From contig DATMBG010000036.1 of assembly GCA_035559535.1 (NCBI GenBank), positions 62,001 through 126,000 of the forward strand: a stretch of 64,000 nucleotides of DNA, in the 5' to 3' direction. The notes below the pieces were generated by a model. That model saw only the letters and a list, made by a program, of their open reading frames with translations. It did no database searches and was not told the DNA's origin. The position numbers were made by a program, and so were the translations under genes. The stretch comes from Candidatus Limnocylindrales bacterium (GTDB lineage Bacteria; Moduliflexota; Moduliflexia; Moduliflexales; JAUQPW01). Shown here in pieces: positions 20,044 to 29,326 of this stretch. Position 1 is the stretch's first letter. Every line of letters begins with the position of its first letter.

Positions 20044-21351
20044 ATGCCTATTTGGAATCCCCAATACGAGATGATGCCGCGGGATCAATTGGAAAAGCTG
20101 CAGGTTCAACGGCTTCGAGAAGTTATGATGCGGGTGGCAGGTGTCCCTTTTTACAAAAAAAAGTTCGCCGATGCCAACATATCTGCCGACAAGATTAACT
20201 CCCTCGATGACGTGAGGCGTCTTCCCTTTACTGAAAAGGGTGATCTACGTGACCATTACCCCTTCGGGATGTTTACTGTACCGCTGGAGCAAATCATCCG
20301 TATCCATGCCTCATCGGGTACTACCGGTAAGCCTACCGTTGCCGGTTATACGCGGGCCGATCTGGAAGTATGGACTGAGGTGATGGCACGTACGGTAACC
20401 AGTGCCGGCGTGACCGGCCGGGACATTGTCCACAATGCTTATGGTTATGGCTTATTTACCGGTGGACTGGGGTTTCACCTTGGGGCGGAAAAGGTCGGAG
20501 CCATGGTCATTCCTATATCCGGCGGATTGACCAAACGACAGGTTATGCTTATGGAAGATTTGGGCGCAACGGTCCTGTGTTGTACACCATCCTATGCACT
20601 TGTCATTGCAGAGGAAGCCGCTGAAATGGGTGTGGACTTTAAAAAACGGATGAAAGTCCGGATAGGAGTCTTCGGTGCAGAACCCTGGAGTGAAAAGATG
20701 CGTCAAGAAATCCAGTCCAAACTGGGGTTAGAAGCCTTCGATATTTATGGCTTGACCGAAATTATAGGACCCGGCGTGTCGGTGGAATGTGAATACCACC
20801 AGGGTCTGCACATCCAGGAAGACCACTTTCTGGCCGAAATTATTGATCCAGATACCGGAGAACAAATCCCTCCCGGTGAAGAAGGTGAACTGGTCTTAAC
20901 AACCTTAACCAAGGAAGCCATGCCGGTTATTCGCTATCGGACCCGCGACCGTACACGCTTATATACCGACCAGTGTCCTTGTGGGCGGACCACGGTCCGT
21001 ATGGATAAAGTGTTGGGTCGCACCGATGATATGCTTATCATCCGGGGGGTTAATGTTTTTCCCCAGCTCATCGAGAGAACCCTGCTCTCCCTGGAAGATA
21101 TCGAACCGCATTACCAGATCGTAATCGACCGTCCCAAAGATCAATTGGATACCATAGAGGTATGGGTGGAAGCCTCCCCCAGGCTCTTTCAACCCATCGA
21201 TCCAGATAAATTAAATGAACTCCAAAAACGGGTGGCCAGAGAGCTGACCCAAACACTTGGTATCTCGGTCGGGGTAAAGTTAATGGGACCCAAATCCATC
21301 CAACGCTTTGAAGGTAAAGCGAAGCGGGTGATAGATAAAAGAGAGTTGTAA
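20044..21351 (+). CDS. paaK: Phenylacetate-CoA ligase
   Basis: [66 protein letters not shown]. Confidence 0.9.
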   Translation: MPIWNPQYEMMPRDQLEKLQVQRLREVMMRVAGVPFYKKKFADANISADKINSLDDVRRLPFTEKGDLRDHYPFGMFTVPLEQIIRIHASSGTTGKPTVAGYTRADLEVWTEVMARTVTSAGVTGRDIVHNAYGYGLFTGGLGFHLGAEKVGAMVIPISGGLTKRQVMLMEDLGATVLCCTPSYALVIAEEAAEMGVDFKKRMKVRIGVFGAEPWSEKMRQEIQSKLGLEAFDIYGLTEIIGPGVSVECEYHQGLHIQEDHFLAEIIDPDTGEQIPPGEEGELVLTTLTKEAMPVIRYRTRDRTRLYTDQCPCGRTTVRMDKVLGRTDDMLIIRGVNVFPQLIERTLLSLEDIEPHYQIVIDRPKDQLDTIEVWVEASPRLFQPIDPDKLNELQKRVARELTQTLGISVGVKLMGPKSIQRFEGKAKRVIDKREL

Positions 21352-21526
21352 AGACAAGGGACAGAGACCAGGTATCAGGATCTAAAGATGAAAAGGAATA
21401 GAGCACTCGATTTTTCTGGGATACTTAGGGAGAAGGGGTAAAATTTGTCGGACTTTATTCCGATTCCAAACCCTTGAACTCTGACTCCTGAGATACCCCA
21501 TTCTTAATCCAATAAAGGAGATCAAC

Positions 21527-23167
21527 ATGCCGCAAGTTACCGGTGGGCAAGCCGTTGTGCAGGCTTTGGTGGAGGAAGGTGTAGAGGTAGTGTTTGGACT
21601 TCCCGGAGTCCAGATTATGCATATTTTTGATGCCTTTTATAACCGTTCAGATATTCGATTGATAACCGTACGTCATGAACAGACCACCACCTATATGGCC
21701 GATGGTTATGCCCGGGTTAAAGGAACTCCTGGAGTAGGTCTGGTAGTACCGGGTCCGGGCGTTCAAAATGCCTCCGCCGGGTTGGGAACCGCTTTTTCGG
21801 TTTCTTCTCCGGTGCTCCTCCTGGCAGGTCAAATCGAGAGCTCCCTGATAGGGCGCGATACGGGAGCACTCCACGAAATCAACGATCAGTTGGATGTGGT
21901 TCGGCCTGTGACCAAGTGGTGTTACCGGGTTCGGGAAGTTGAGGAGATTCCATCGGCCCTCCATGAGGCGATGCGCCAAATGAAGACAGGACGTCCCCGC
22001 CCCACCGTGTTGGAAATCCCGCCCGATATCCTTGCAAAAACAGCCCAGGTCACCTTCCTCAAAGCTGAAAAATATCCTCCCTCTCCTCCAGATCCCGAAC
22101 AGGTATATAAGGCGGCTGCTTTACTGGAGAAGGCCCAAAAGCCGATTATTTGGGCAGGTGGAGGAACCATCATTTCCCATGCGTCCCCGGAGGTGGTCAC
22201 CCTGGCAGAAATGCTAGGGGCCGCCGTTGCAACCACCGTGGAGGGAAAAGGTATTATCCCGGAAGATCATCCTCTCGCCTTAGGCGTAGGATATTACGGA
22301 CAGGGTGCCCCGGCCTGGGCCTCTTCCCAGGCAGATGTGGTGATTGCCATTGGAACTCGCCTGACCAGCCAAATGTATGGACCAACCCGACTGCGAATAC
22401 CTCAACGACTCATTCATATAGACATTGATCCCACCGTCATAGGTAAGAATTATCCGGCAGAAGTTGCTCTGGTGGCCGATGCCAGGATGGCACTCCAGGC
22501 ACTCACGGCAGAAATCCGGCCACGACCTCCAGGAAATCCGGCATGGTCTGCCCAGGAAATCGCTGAAATTCGCCGGTCCCATCAACACTGGCTAGATGAG
22601 AAAATTCCTCTCCAGCAGCGCATTATTTCCCAAATCCGACAAGAGCTCGTAGAGGATGCGATTCTTATCAGTGGAATTACAAATGTGGGCTACTGGAGCC
22701 ATCTGGCCTATCCGGTTCGACATCCCAGGACCTATTTTAGTTCCTCCTACTTTGCTACCCTGGGCTTTGAGTTCCCAACGGCCTTAGGAGCAAAAGTGGC
22801 CGCTCCCAACCGACCCGTGGTATGTATCGTAGGGGATGGCGGATTCATGTACGCTTTACCAGAACTGGCAACGGCGATCCAGTATCATATTCCGGTCATA
22901 ACCCTGGTCTTTGTAGATAACGCCTTCGGAGCTTCGAATAATGACCAGCAAACTCGCTTCAAAAAACGGATCCTAGGAACGGAATTGTATAATCCCAGCT
23001 TTGCTCAGATAGCGGAAGTCTTCGGAGCAAAGGGAATCCGGGTGGGAGTCGAACAGGTAGGCAAAGCATTAAGAGAAGCCTTGGAAGCAGATCGGCCTAC
23101 GGTGATAGAGGTCCCTATCCCTACCCTACCACCTCCCTTCCAACTTCCCTATGGATGTGAAAAGTAG
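21527..23167 (+). CDS. Thiamine pyrophosphate-dependent enzyme (acetolactate synthase large subunit-like)
   Basis: VFGLPG, RHEQ, MADGYAR, TPP motif GDGGFM...DNAFG. Confidence 0.88.
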   Translation: MPQVTGGQAVVQALVEEGVEVVFGLPGVQIMHIFDAFYNRSDIRLITVRHEQTTTYMADGYARVKGTPGVGLVVPGPGVQNASAGLGTAFSVSSPVLLLAGQIESSLIGRDTGALHEINDQLDVVRPVTKWCYRVREVEEIPSALHEAMRQMKTGRPRPTVLEIPPDILAKTAQVTFLKAEKYPPSPPDPEQVYKAAALLEKAQKPIIWAGGGTIISHASPEVVTLAEMLGAAVATTVEGKGIIPEDHPLALGVGYYGQGAPAWASSQADVVIAIGTRLTSQMYGPTRLRIPQRLIHIDIDPTVIGKNYPAEVALVADARMALQALTAEIRPRPPGNPAWSAQEIAEIRRSHQHWLDEKIPLQQRIISQIRQELVEDAILISGITNVGYWSHLAYPVRHPRTYFSSSYFATLGFEFPTALGAKVAAPNRPVVCIVGDGGFMYALPELATAIQYHIPVITLVFVDNAFGASNNDQQTRFKKRILGTELYNPSFAQIAEVFGAKGIRVGVEQVGKALREALEADRPTVIEVPIPTLPPPFQLPYGCEK

Positions 23168-23195
23168 GGTCCTTCTGCAGCATCCACCCCCTTAG

Positions 23196-23262
23196 GGGAT
23201 GCGGGGACAGGGAGACGCGGGGACAGGGGGACACGGAGAAATGTCCCTGTATCCCCGCGTCT
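23196..23262. repeat. Octamer tandem repeats (GGGACAGG/GGAGACGC-like) with inverted counterpart
   Basis: gggatgcg gggacagg gagacgcg gggacagg gggacacg ... tccctgta tccccgcgtctc. Confidence 0.7.
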
Positions 23263-23279
23263 CAAAATCCCGGGGTAGC

Positions 23280-23741
23280 TTACCGGGTCATCCTCTCCCA
23301 CTCCCAGGATACATTATAAGCACGGGCCAACTCATCGAGATCAGCTTTTACAGCGGCCCAATCCCCTTGCATTTCAGTACTGACTAGATGGCGTTGCATA
23401 AACCGATCCATGAGAACGGCACGACGGAGTACCGCTTCCACATCGGCAGATACCATTTTATGATCGCCAAAACGATCCTTGAGTCGATCTATCTCATCTT
23501 CAAAGTCTTTGACAAATCTGTTTATGTCATCTTCCCGATTCGTACTGTCCAGACGGCTTTTGTCCAGGGTTTTATCTACACTTTTACGGAATTTATCAGA
23601 ATCCTTCTCTAACCGATCCAGGAGCCGTTTCACGTCTTTGTCACTTAGCCGATAAGGTGCATTCTGACCTTTTGCAAAGGTTTCCATGCCTACCCATACA
23701 AAAATGAAGCAGAATACTATCCAGCCTATCTTCTTATACAT
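23280..23741 (-). CDS. Secreted alpha-helical hypothetical protein
   Basis: Signal peptide then charged helical body, 153 aa. Confidence 0.75.
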   Translation of the reverse strand: MYKKIGWIVFCFIFVWVGMETFAKGQNAPYRLSDKDVKRLLDRLEKDSDKFRKSVDKTLDKSRLDSTNREDDINRFVKDFEDEIDRLKDRFGDHKMVSADVEAVLRRAVLMDRFMQRHLVSTEMQGDWAAVKADLDELARAYNVSWEWERMTR

Positions 23742-23921
23742 ACGGTTCTCAGGAAAACTATCTCAAAACCTTTTCTAAACCTCCAAAAATCCAGGAGATT
23801 TAACTAGCTTTCAAGATAGCTTTAAGCAGGTTAATCTTACAACGAGCCTAAGCTCTTCGTAGATGAACACTTGAAACTGTCCCAGGATGAAGGAGAGACA
23901 AAAAAGCATCTCCCCTCCCAT

Positions 23922-23966
23922 CAGCCCCCCTTCCTCCCCTCGCATGCGGGGGAGGAAGGGGGGCTG
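23922..23966. repeat. GC-rich REP-like palindrome
   Basis: CAGCCCCCCTTCCTCCCC-tcgcatgc-GGGGGAGGAAGGGGGGCTG. Confidence 0.75.
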
Positions 23967-24041
23967 TCAACTCTCCAGAGTCCTTCAAATTGATGGGAGA
24001 TATTCTCTGCTCAATTTGACAGGATAGCTCTTTTAGCTTGC

Positions 24042-24533
24042 CTACCGATTGTATTGTCCTGAGCTGGTATCCTGTTGCGGTTGTTCAGAAGCACCGGGTT
24101 GCTCCGAGGAAGTTCCTTGACCAGAGGTAGTACCCTGTTGACCGGCAGCGCCCGATCTCTCCATCCCACCCTCACCTGGCATATAGTAACCCAGTCGCAC
24201 ATGGATGGTTTGGCCTTCTTTAAGATTCTGGGAAGCACCGGGTAAATGAAGCATTAAATTCCCATGATCGGTTTTCAAGGTTACCATATCATTCTTATCG
24301 ACCTTGCTGACCGTACCCATCATGATATGGTCCCCTCTAAGGCCTTCTTCTTTAATGGGAGTCTGGACTCCCGTTTCCCTCTGGCCGCCCATTTGTTGGG
24401 AACCCTGAGTCGTAGTACCACCTGCTGGACTTTCCTGAATCTGCTGGGCTATGGCCATGGTGGTCATACCAGCCACAAAGAAGACTACCCATAAAAGAGA
24501 AAATATCTTTTTCATAACTTCACCTCTCCCCAA
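24042..24533 (-). CDS. Secreted small protein with Q/G-rich tails around a short OB-fold-like core
   Basis: Signal peptide MKKIFSLLWVV...AIA (likely true start); core GTVSKVDKNDMVTLKTDHGNLMLHLP...LKEGQTIHV. Confidence 0.7.
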   Translation of the reverse strand: MGRGEVMKKIFSLLWVVFFVAGMTTMAIAQQIQESPAGGTTTQGSQQMGGQRETGVQTPIKEEGLRGDHIMMGTVSKVDKNDMVTLKTDHGNLMLHLPGASQNLKEGQTIHVRLGYYMPGEGGMERSGAAGQQGTTSGQGTSSEQPGASEQPQQDTSSGQYNR

Positions 24534-24709
24534 ATGGCTGTAAAGAATACCTCTAGAACTCCTATCGGCTTCTCTACTTTCTTGAGACAGGTTTAAATTT
24601 TTACTTATCCTTACAAAAAGTTACCTCTTATACCAATAAGGTAACCAAAAATACAATCTATTACAGTCAGATTTTTCGTCAAGCCTTCAATTTCAGAATG
24701 GAGGATTAT

Positions 24710-25690
24710 TTACATACTGAGCCAACCTCCAGAGGAAGATCTTACGTATACCGGTCTACGTTCATCGAAACGGGATAAGCCCGCTTCTCGCGCAATCCGA
24801 AAGGCTTCGGCGACTTCCTGAGAAGTCGTACGACGGTTAATTTCCTTGTATTTTTCTTCTAATTTGACCTTCCCGGCTGGATAGTACTGATCCATAATAT
24901 TTACATAGGTAAGAGGTGAAATTTCGGTGGCCAAAAACCGCATGATTTCTCGGGTCTCGTCTAACCCTCCTGGCATGACCAGATGGCGTACCAGCAATCC
25001 CCGGCGTGCCAACCCATTTTCGTCGAATGTTAGGTCTCCTACTTGGCGATACATTTCTTTGATGGCTGCCCTTGCAGCGGCCGGATATTTTGGAGATTTA
25101 AGGTAAAACTTTGCTTTATCCTCATGCCAATACTTGAAATCGGGTAGATAGATATCTACAATCCCTTCCATCTGACGGAGACTCTCCAGGGAGTCGAAGG
25201 CACTGGTGTTATAAACAATGGGCAAACGCAATCCCCCCCGAACTGCATAGGGAAGGGCCTCCAGGATTTGTGGGACTACGTGCTCGGGAGTGACCAGATT
25301 GATATTATGGCAGCCCATGTCCTGAAGCTTTAACATCATGTTGGCCAGTTGCTGGGGTTGTACTTCGAATCCTGCTTCGTTCTGGCTGATCTCATAGTTT
25401 TGGCAGAACACACATCGTAGATTACACCAGGCAAAAAAGATGGTTCCGCTACCTTTCCAACCCCGCAGGCAATCTTCTTCACCAAAATGAGGAAAGTAAC
25501 AATCCACTCGGGCATAGCGACCTGTTCGACAGACTTTCTTTTGATTCTCCAGGCGATTGACTTCACAATTCCATGGACAAACCCTACATTTTTCCAGATA
25601 GGCTAAGGCCTGTTCGGCCCGCCTCCCCAGTTCACCGGACTCATAGAGCCGGACATAATTAGGTACATAGTCCTTGATTGTTAGCGTCAT
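24710..25690 (-). CDS. Radical SAM protein, PflX-like
   Basis: CRVCPWNCEVNR, PHFGEEDCL, GSGTIFF, CNLRCVFCQNYEIS, LLVRHLVMPG. Confidence 0.88.
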   Translation of the reverse strand: MTLTIKDYVPNYVRLYESGELGRRAEQALAYLEKCRVCPWNCEVNRLENQKKVCRTGRYARVDCYFPHFGEEDCLRGWKGSGTIFFAWCNLRCVFCQNYEISQNEAGFEVQPQQLANMMLKLQDMGCHNINLVTPEHVVPQILEALPYAVRGGLRLPIVYNTSAFDSLESLRQMEGIVDIYLPDFKYWHEDKAKFYLKSPKYPAAARAAIKEMYRQVGDLTFDENGLARRGLLVRHLVMPGGLDETREIMRFLATEISPLTYVNIMDQYYPAGKVKLEEKYKEINRRTTSQEVAEAFRIAREAGLSRFDERRPVYVRSSSGGWLSM

Positions 25691-25896
25691 AAAGGATATT
25701 AGCCTCCTTTATAAGTTCATCGTTCTGGTTTTTGTTTTTATGTTTTGATAATCCTTCAGACCGCCTTTGTCTTCAATTTTCATCTAACTTCTGCCCTTTT
25801 TCTTTATTTGTATGGCTTTAGAGCTTCCTTTCGTCTTCTGATCAAAGGCAGTTTTTGAGATTTTATTCCTCTACTCCTTTCTTTTGGAATTTTATT

Positions 25897-26535
25897 TCAG
25901 GCCGGTACTTTGAATCGACTTCGATTGCGAACACGTTCCACAAGGGTTGCCGGGGCTTTACTGGGCGATCCTGTGTTAAAAGGTGGTTGGGGATCGTATT
26001 CCAGGCTGAGCTGAATGGTCTGAGCAACTTCCTCTCCGTACTCAAGTGCCGTCAAAGTGAGGGCCATATCGATTCCCGCCGAGACTCCGGCTGCTGTAAT
26101 AATCTTACCCTGGACCACCACACGTTCCGATACAGCCTCAGCTCCTAGCTGGCGTAAAACATGAAGGGCCAGCCAATGGGTAGTAGCCCGTAATCCTTGA
26201 AGTAAACCCGCAGCGGCCAATATTAAAGCTCCTGTACAAACCGAAGTGGTCCAGCGGGTCGTGGCATGAACCTGACGAATCCAATCCAACACAACGTGAT
26301 CCTCCATTAAATCAGCCTGTCCCGGTCCTCCTGGAATCACGATAATATCCGGTGAAGAAATATCTTTAAGCGCATAATCGGCCATTAAAGCAAGACTTCC
26401 GGCATCGGTACGTTTAGGGCCCGGTTCTTTTGCGACAAAACGTATCTGAGCCCCGGGAATCTGTCTCAAGACCTCATAGGGTCCCACGGCATCCAGGGCG
26501 GTTAATCGATCAAAAAGAAGAATAGCTGCTTCCAT
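25897..26535 (-). CDS. DJ-1/PfpI family protein (isonitrile hydratase-like)
   Basis: TALDAVGPYEVL, SVCTGAL, ATTHW, TAAGVSAGIDMAL, LEYDPQPPF. Confidence 0.9.
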   Translation of the reverse strand: MEAAILLFDRLTALDAVGPYEVLRQIPGAQIRFVAKEPGPKRTDAGSLALMADYALKDISSPDIIVIPGGPGQADLMEDHVVLDWIRQVHATTRWTTSVCTGALILAAAGLLQGLRATTHWLALHVLRQLGAEAVSERVVVQGKIITAAGVSAGIDMALTLTALEYGEEVAQTIQLSLEYDPQPPFNTGSPSKAPATLVERVRNRSRFKVPA

Positions 26536-26568
26536 AAAGATACCTCCTGTATCAGGGAGTTTTATTAA

Positions 26569-26597
26569 GTTTTAGAGTCCTTCCAGCTGAGTGTCAA
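26569..26597 (-). promoter_or_regulatory. Sigma70-type promoter of the DJ-1 gene
   Basis: TTGACA-17-TAAAAC on the minus strand. Confidence 0.55.
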
Positions 26598-26614
26598 GGG
26601 AACCTGCTTAAATG

Positions 26615-26768
26615 GTAACTATACCAATTTAGTAGGTGTCACTTTTTCTGTCTGAACACCCCCCCATCCCCCCAGGGGGGACTGACATAGGGTTGCTGCT
26701 GCTGAATCCCCCCTGGAGGGGGATGGGGGGGGCGTTTCTTTTTCCACCTACTAAATGGATACGGATAC
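26615..26768. mobile_element. MITE family M1, full-length copy (154 bp)
   Basis: Imperfect 24-bp TIRs (GTAACTATACCAATTTAGTAGGTG / GTATCCGTATCCATTTAGTAGGTG); perfect 9-bp TSD gcttaaatg at 26606-26614 and 26769-26777. Confidence 0.9.
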
Positions 26769-27001
26769 GCTTAAATGGAAAAAGATCAACAACTCTGAAA
26801 AACCCCCTGTTTTTTGAAAGTTATGAATAAAAAGTTTTTATTAATGTCCGAGATTAATCTTTCTTCCCCTTTACTTTGTCTATGAATGTAGAAAGATTCC
26901 GGGTCGTTTTTATTTTTTAATCAATCTATTGGAAGTGCAAGGGGTAAAAGCTCAATATTTCTCTTTACTTTATGGCTATTATTCCAAATAAGGGAGTTTT
27001 T

Positions 27002-29299
27002 ATGGTGGAGTTCTTAAAAAAGCTTAGGGTCAAACTTATCCAATTTCTCAGGAAAATTTATCGAACCCTTTGCCACATACAGGCAACCATCGAAAGCTGG
27101 AGGATTGCTGATATCTGGCAAGTAGTTAAACAGGGGGTAAAGCTTTGGATAAACCTCAGCAGGCTGCTCCTGCGGGACCAATCCGGACGTCTCAATGTGC
27201 TTTCAAAGGGAGCTCAGGATCTTACCCTGCGTAGGCGAACGCAGAGCCTTTTAGCCGGACAAAAACGGGTGCTCGAGATGATTGCCATGGGGGCTCCCCT
27301 TCCCAGGGTATTAGAAGCCCTCACCAGGACCATTGAACAGCAGTCCCCGGAACTCTTCTGCTCTATCCTTCTCCTGGACGAAGAGGGAAAACACCTTCGC
27401 CTCATGGCTGCACCCAATCTTCCGGAAGAATTTAATACCGCGATTGATGGGATTACTATGGACGCAGGCAGTAATGGGTTTAACGCAGCAATCCGTCGAA
27501 AAGGGTTGGTAATTGTAAGTGATATCAGCACAGATCCTTTATGGGTAGACTTTCGTGATCTGGCTTTGCGGTACGGACTAAGAGCCTGTTGGTCTGTACC
27601 GATCTTTTCCCGAAGTAATGAAGTGTTGGGAACTTTCGCACTTTATTATCAGGAATCCCGCAGCCCCAATCCCTACGATCTGGAACTCATCGAAACCGCC
27701 GCTCACCTGGCGGGTATTGTAATCGAACTTAAGCGAGCAGAAGAAGCCCTGGCCAAAGAGAAAGAATACCTTGCGGTAACTTTGCGTTCAATAGGTGATG
27801 GGGTTATCACTACCGACACCGAAGGAAGGGTCGCTTTAATCAACGAAGTAGCGGAAAAACTTACAGGATGGACCCAGGAAGCCTCCAAGGGTAAACCCCT
27901 TGCAGAGGTTTTCTACCTGGTTCATGAAAAAAACCGTCAAACCGTTGAAAATCCCGTGAAGAAAATACTGGAAGTCGGTGGAACTACCATCCTCCCCAAT
28001 CATCTGGTCCTGATGGCTAAAGATGGAACAGAGCGTTTGATCGCAGGAAGTGGTACTCCCATTCGGGATAAAAATGGAAAGGTCATCGGAGCCGTCCTGG
28101 TATTTCAGGATATTACGGAAAAGAGAAAAATAGAAGAAGAACGTATAAGAGCCAATAACCTGGAATCTCTGGCTCTTCTGGCCGGGGGTATTGCCCATGA
28201 TTTTAACAATATTCTGGCAGCGATCACGGTTAATATCTCCCTGGCAAAGTTATCTGTAGCTCCTGAAACCGAGATGTTTAAACGATTGACCGAGGCAGAG
28301 AAGGCCTCCTTACGGGCCAGAAATTTAACCCAACAGCTTCTAACCTTTTCCAAGGGCGGGGAACCCATCAAGCGCATCACTTCTCTGACCGAATTAATTA
28401 AAGATACGGCCGGCTTTGCCCTGGGGGGCTCCAAAATTCGGTGTGAACTTTCCATTCCTGGAAATCTATGGCCGGCTGAAGTGGATGAAGGTCAGATCAG
28501 CCAGGTCATCCATAATCTGATCCTCAATGCCCGACAGGCCATGCCCAAAGGAGGAATTATCAAGATAAGGGGTGAAAACATAACTATCGGATCGGAAAAA
28601 ATTCAACCAGGATGGCCTCTCCAACCGGGAAAGTATATCAAAATATCCGTAGAAGATCAAGGAATCGGCATACCCGACGAGCATCTGCCGAAGATCTTCG
28701 ACCCTTATTTTACAACCAAGCGGAAAGGGACCGGACTCGGACTGGCCACCACCTATTCCATTATTAAAAGGCATGAGGGTTATATCCATGTGGAATCCAA
28801 GCTGGGCGTAGGAACCATCTTTACCCTCTATCTGCCGGCGTCCCAAAAAGAGACCGAAATCCAGGAAGACGCCATCCAGGTGGAAACCCTGATCCATCCA
28901 AAGGGTGACAAAGGGCGGATTCTCATCATGGACGATGAAGAAATCGTCAGAGAGGCTAACCGGCGGATGTTAAATTATCTCGGATATGACGTCGAATTTG
29001 CCAAAGAGGGTACCGAAGCCATTGAACTTTATCAAAAGACTAAAGAATCTGGAAAACCCTTCGATGTTGTTATCCTGGATTTAACCATACCGGGAGGTTT
29101 AGGGGGCCATGAAACGATTCAGAAACTCTTAGAAATTAATCCTCAGGTTAAAGCGATTTTATCCAGTGGCTATCTGGATGATCCGATCATGGCCGATTTT
29201 AGAAAATGGGGTTTTAAAGGGGTTATTCCTAAGCCTTATAAAGTCGAAGAGCTGGATAGGATCTTGCAAAAGGTCCTCTCATCGGATCAAACCTCCTAG
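27002..29299 (+). CDS. Hybrid sensor histidine kinase GAF-PAS-HisKA-HATPase-REC
   Basis: GAF (ACWSVPI), PAS (SIGDGVITTD), H-box AGGIAHDFNNIL, N/G boxes, receiver MDDE...ILDLTIPGG...PKPY; start chosen by the AGGGAG RBS (ORF track starts at 26972). Confidence 0.92.
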   Translation: MVEFLKKLRVKLIQFLRKIYRTLCHIQATIESWRIADIWQVVKQGVKLWINLSRLLLRDQSGRLNVLSKGAQDLTLRRRTQSLLAGQKRVLEMIAMGAPLPRVLEALTRTIEQQSPELFCSILLLDEEGKHLRLMAAPNLPEEFNTAIDGITMDAGSNGFNAAIRRKGLVIVSDISTDPLWVDFRDLALRYGLRACWSVPIFSRSNEVLGTFALYYQESRSPNPYDLELIETAAHLAGIVIELKRAEEALAKEKEYLAVTLRSIGDGVITTDTEGRVALINEVAEKLTGWTQEASKGKPLAEVFYLVHEKNRQTVENPVKKILEVGGTTILPNHLVLMAKDGTERLIAGSGTPIRDKNGKVIGAVLVFQDITEKRKIEEERIRANNLESLALLAGGIAHDFNNILAAITVNISLAKLSVAPETEMFKRLTEAEKASLRARNLTQQLLTFSKGGEPIKRITSLTELIKDTAGFALGGSKIRCELSIPGNLWPAEVDEGQISQVIHNLILNARQAMPKGGIIKIRGENITIGSEKIQPGWPLQPGKYIKISVEDQGIGIPDEHLPKIFDPYFTTKRKGTGLGLATTYSIIKRHEGYIHVESKLGVGTIFTLYLPASQKETEIQEDAIQVETLIHPKGDKGRILIMDDEEIVREANRRMLNYLGYDVEFAKEGTEAIELYQKTKESGKPFDVVILDLTIPGGLGGHETIQKLLEINPQVKAILSSGYLDDPIMADFRKWGFKGVIPKPYKVEELDRILQKVLSSDQTS

Positions 29300-29326
29300 C
29301 CGAGGGGAGATCTTTTAGTTTCTATT

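Noticed and set aside
26636-26830. 64-aa ORF, likewise 14029..14301, 23199..23387 and 46717..46905
   Set aside because: These translate MITE or REP repeat DNA
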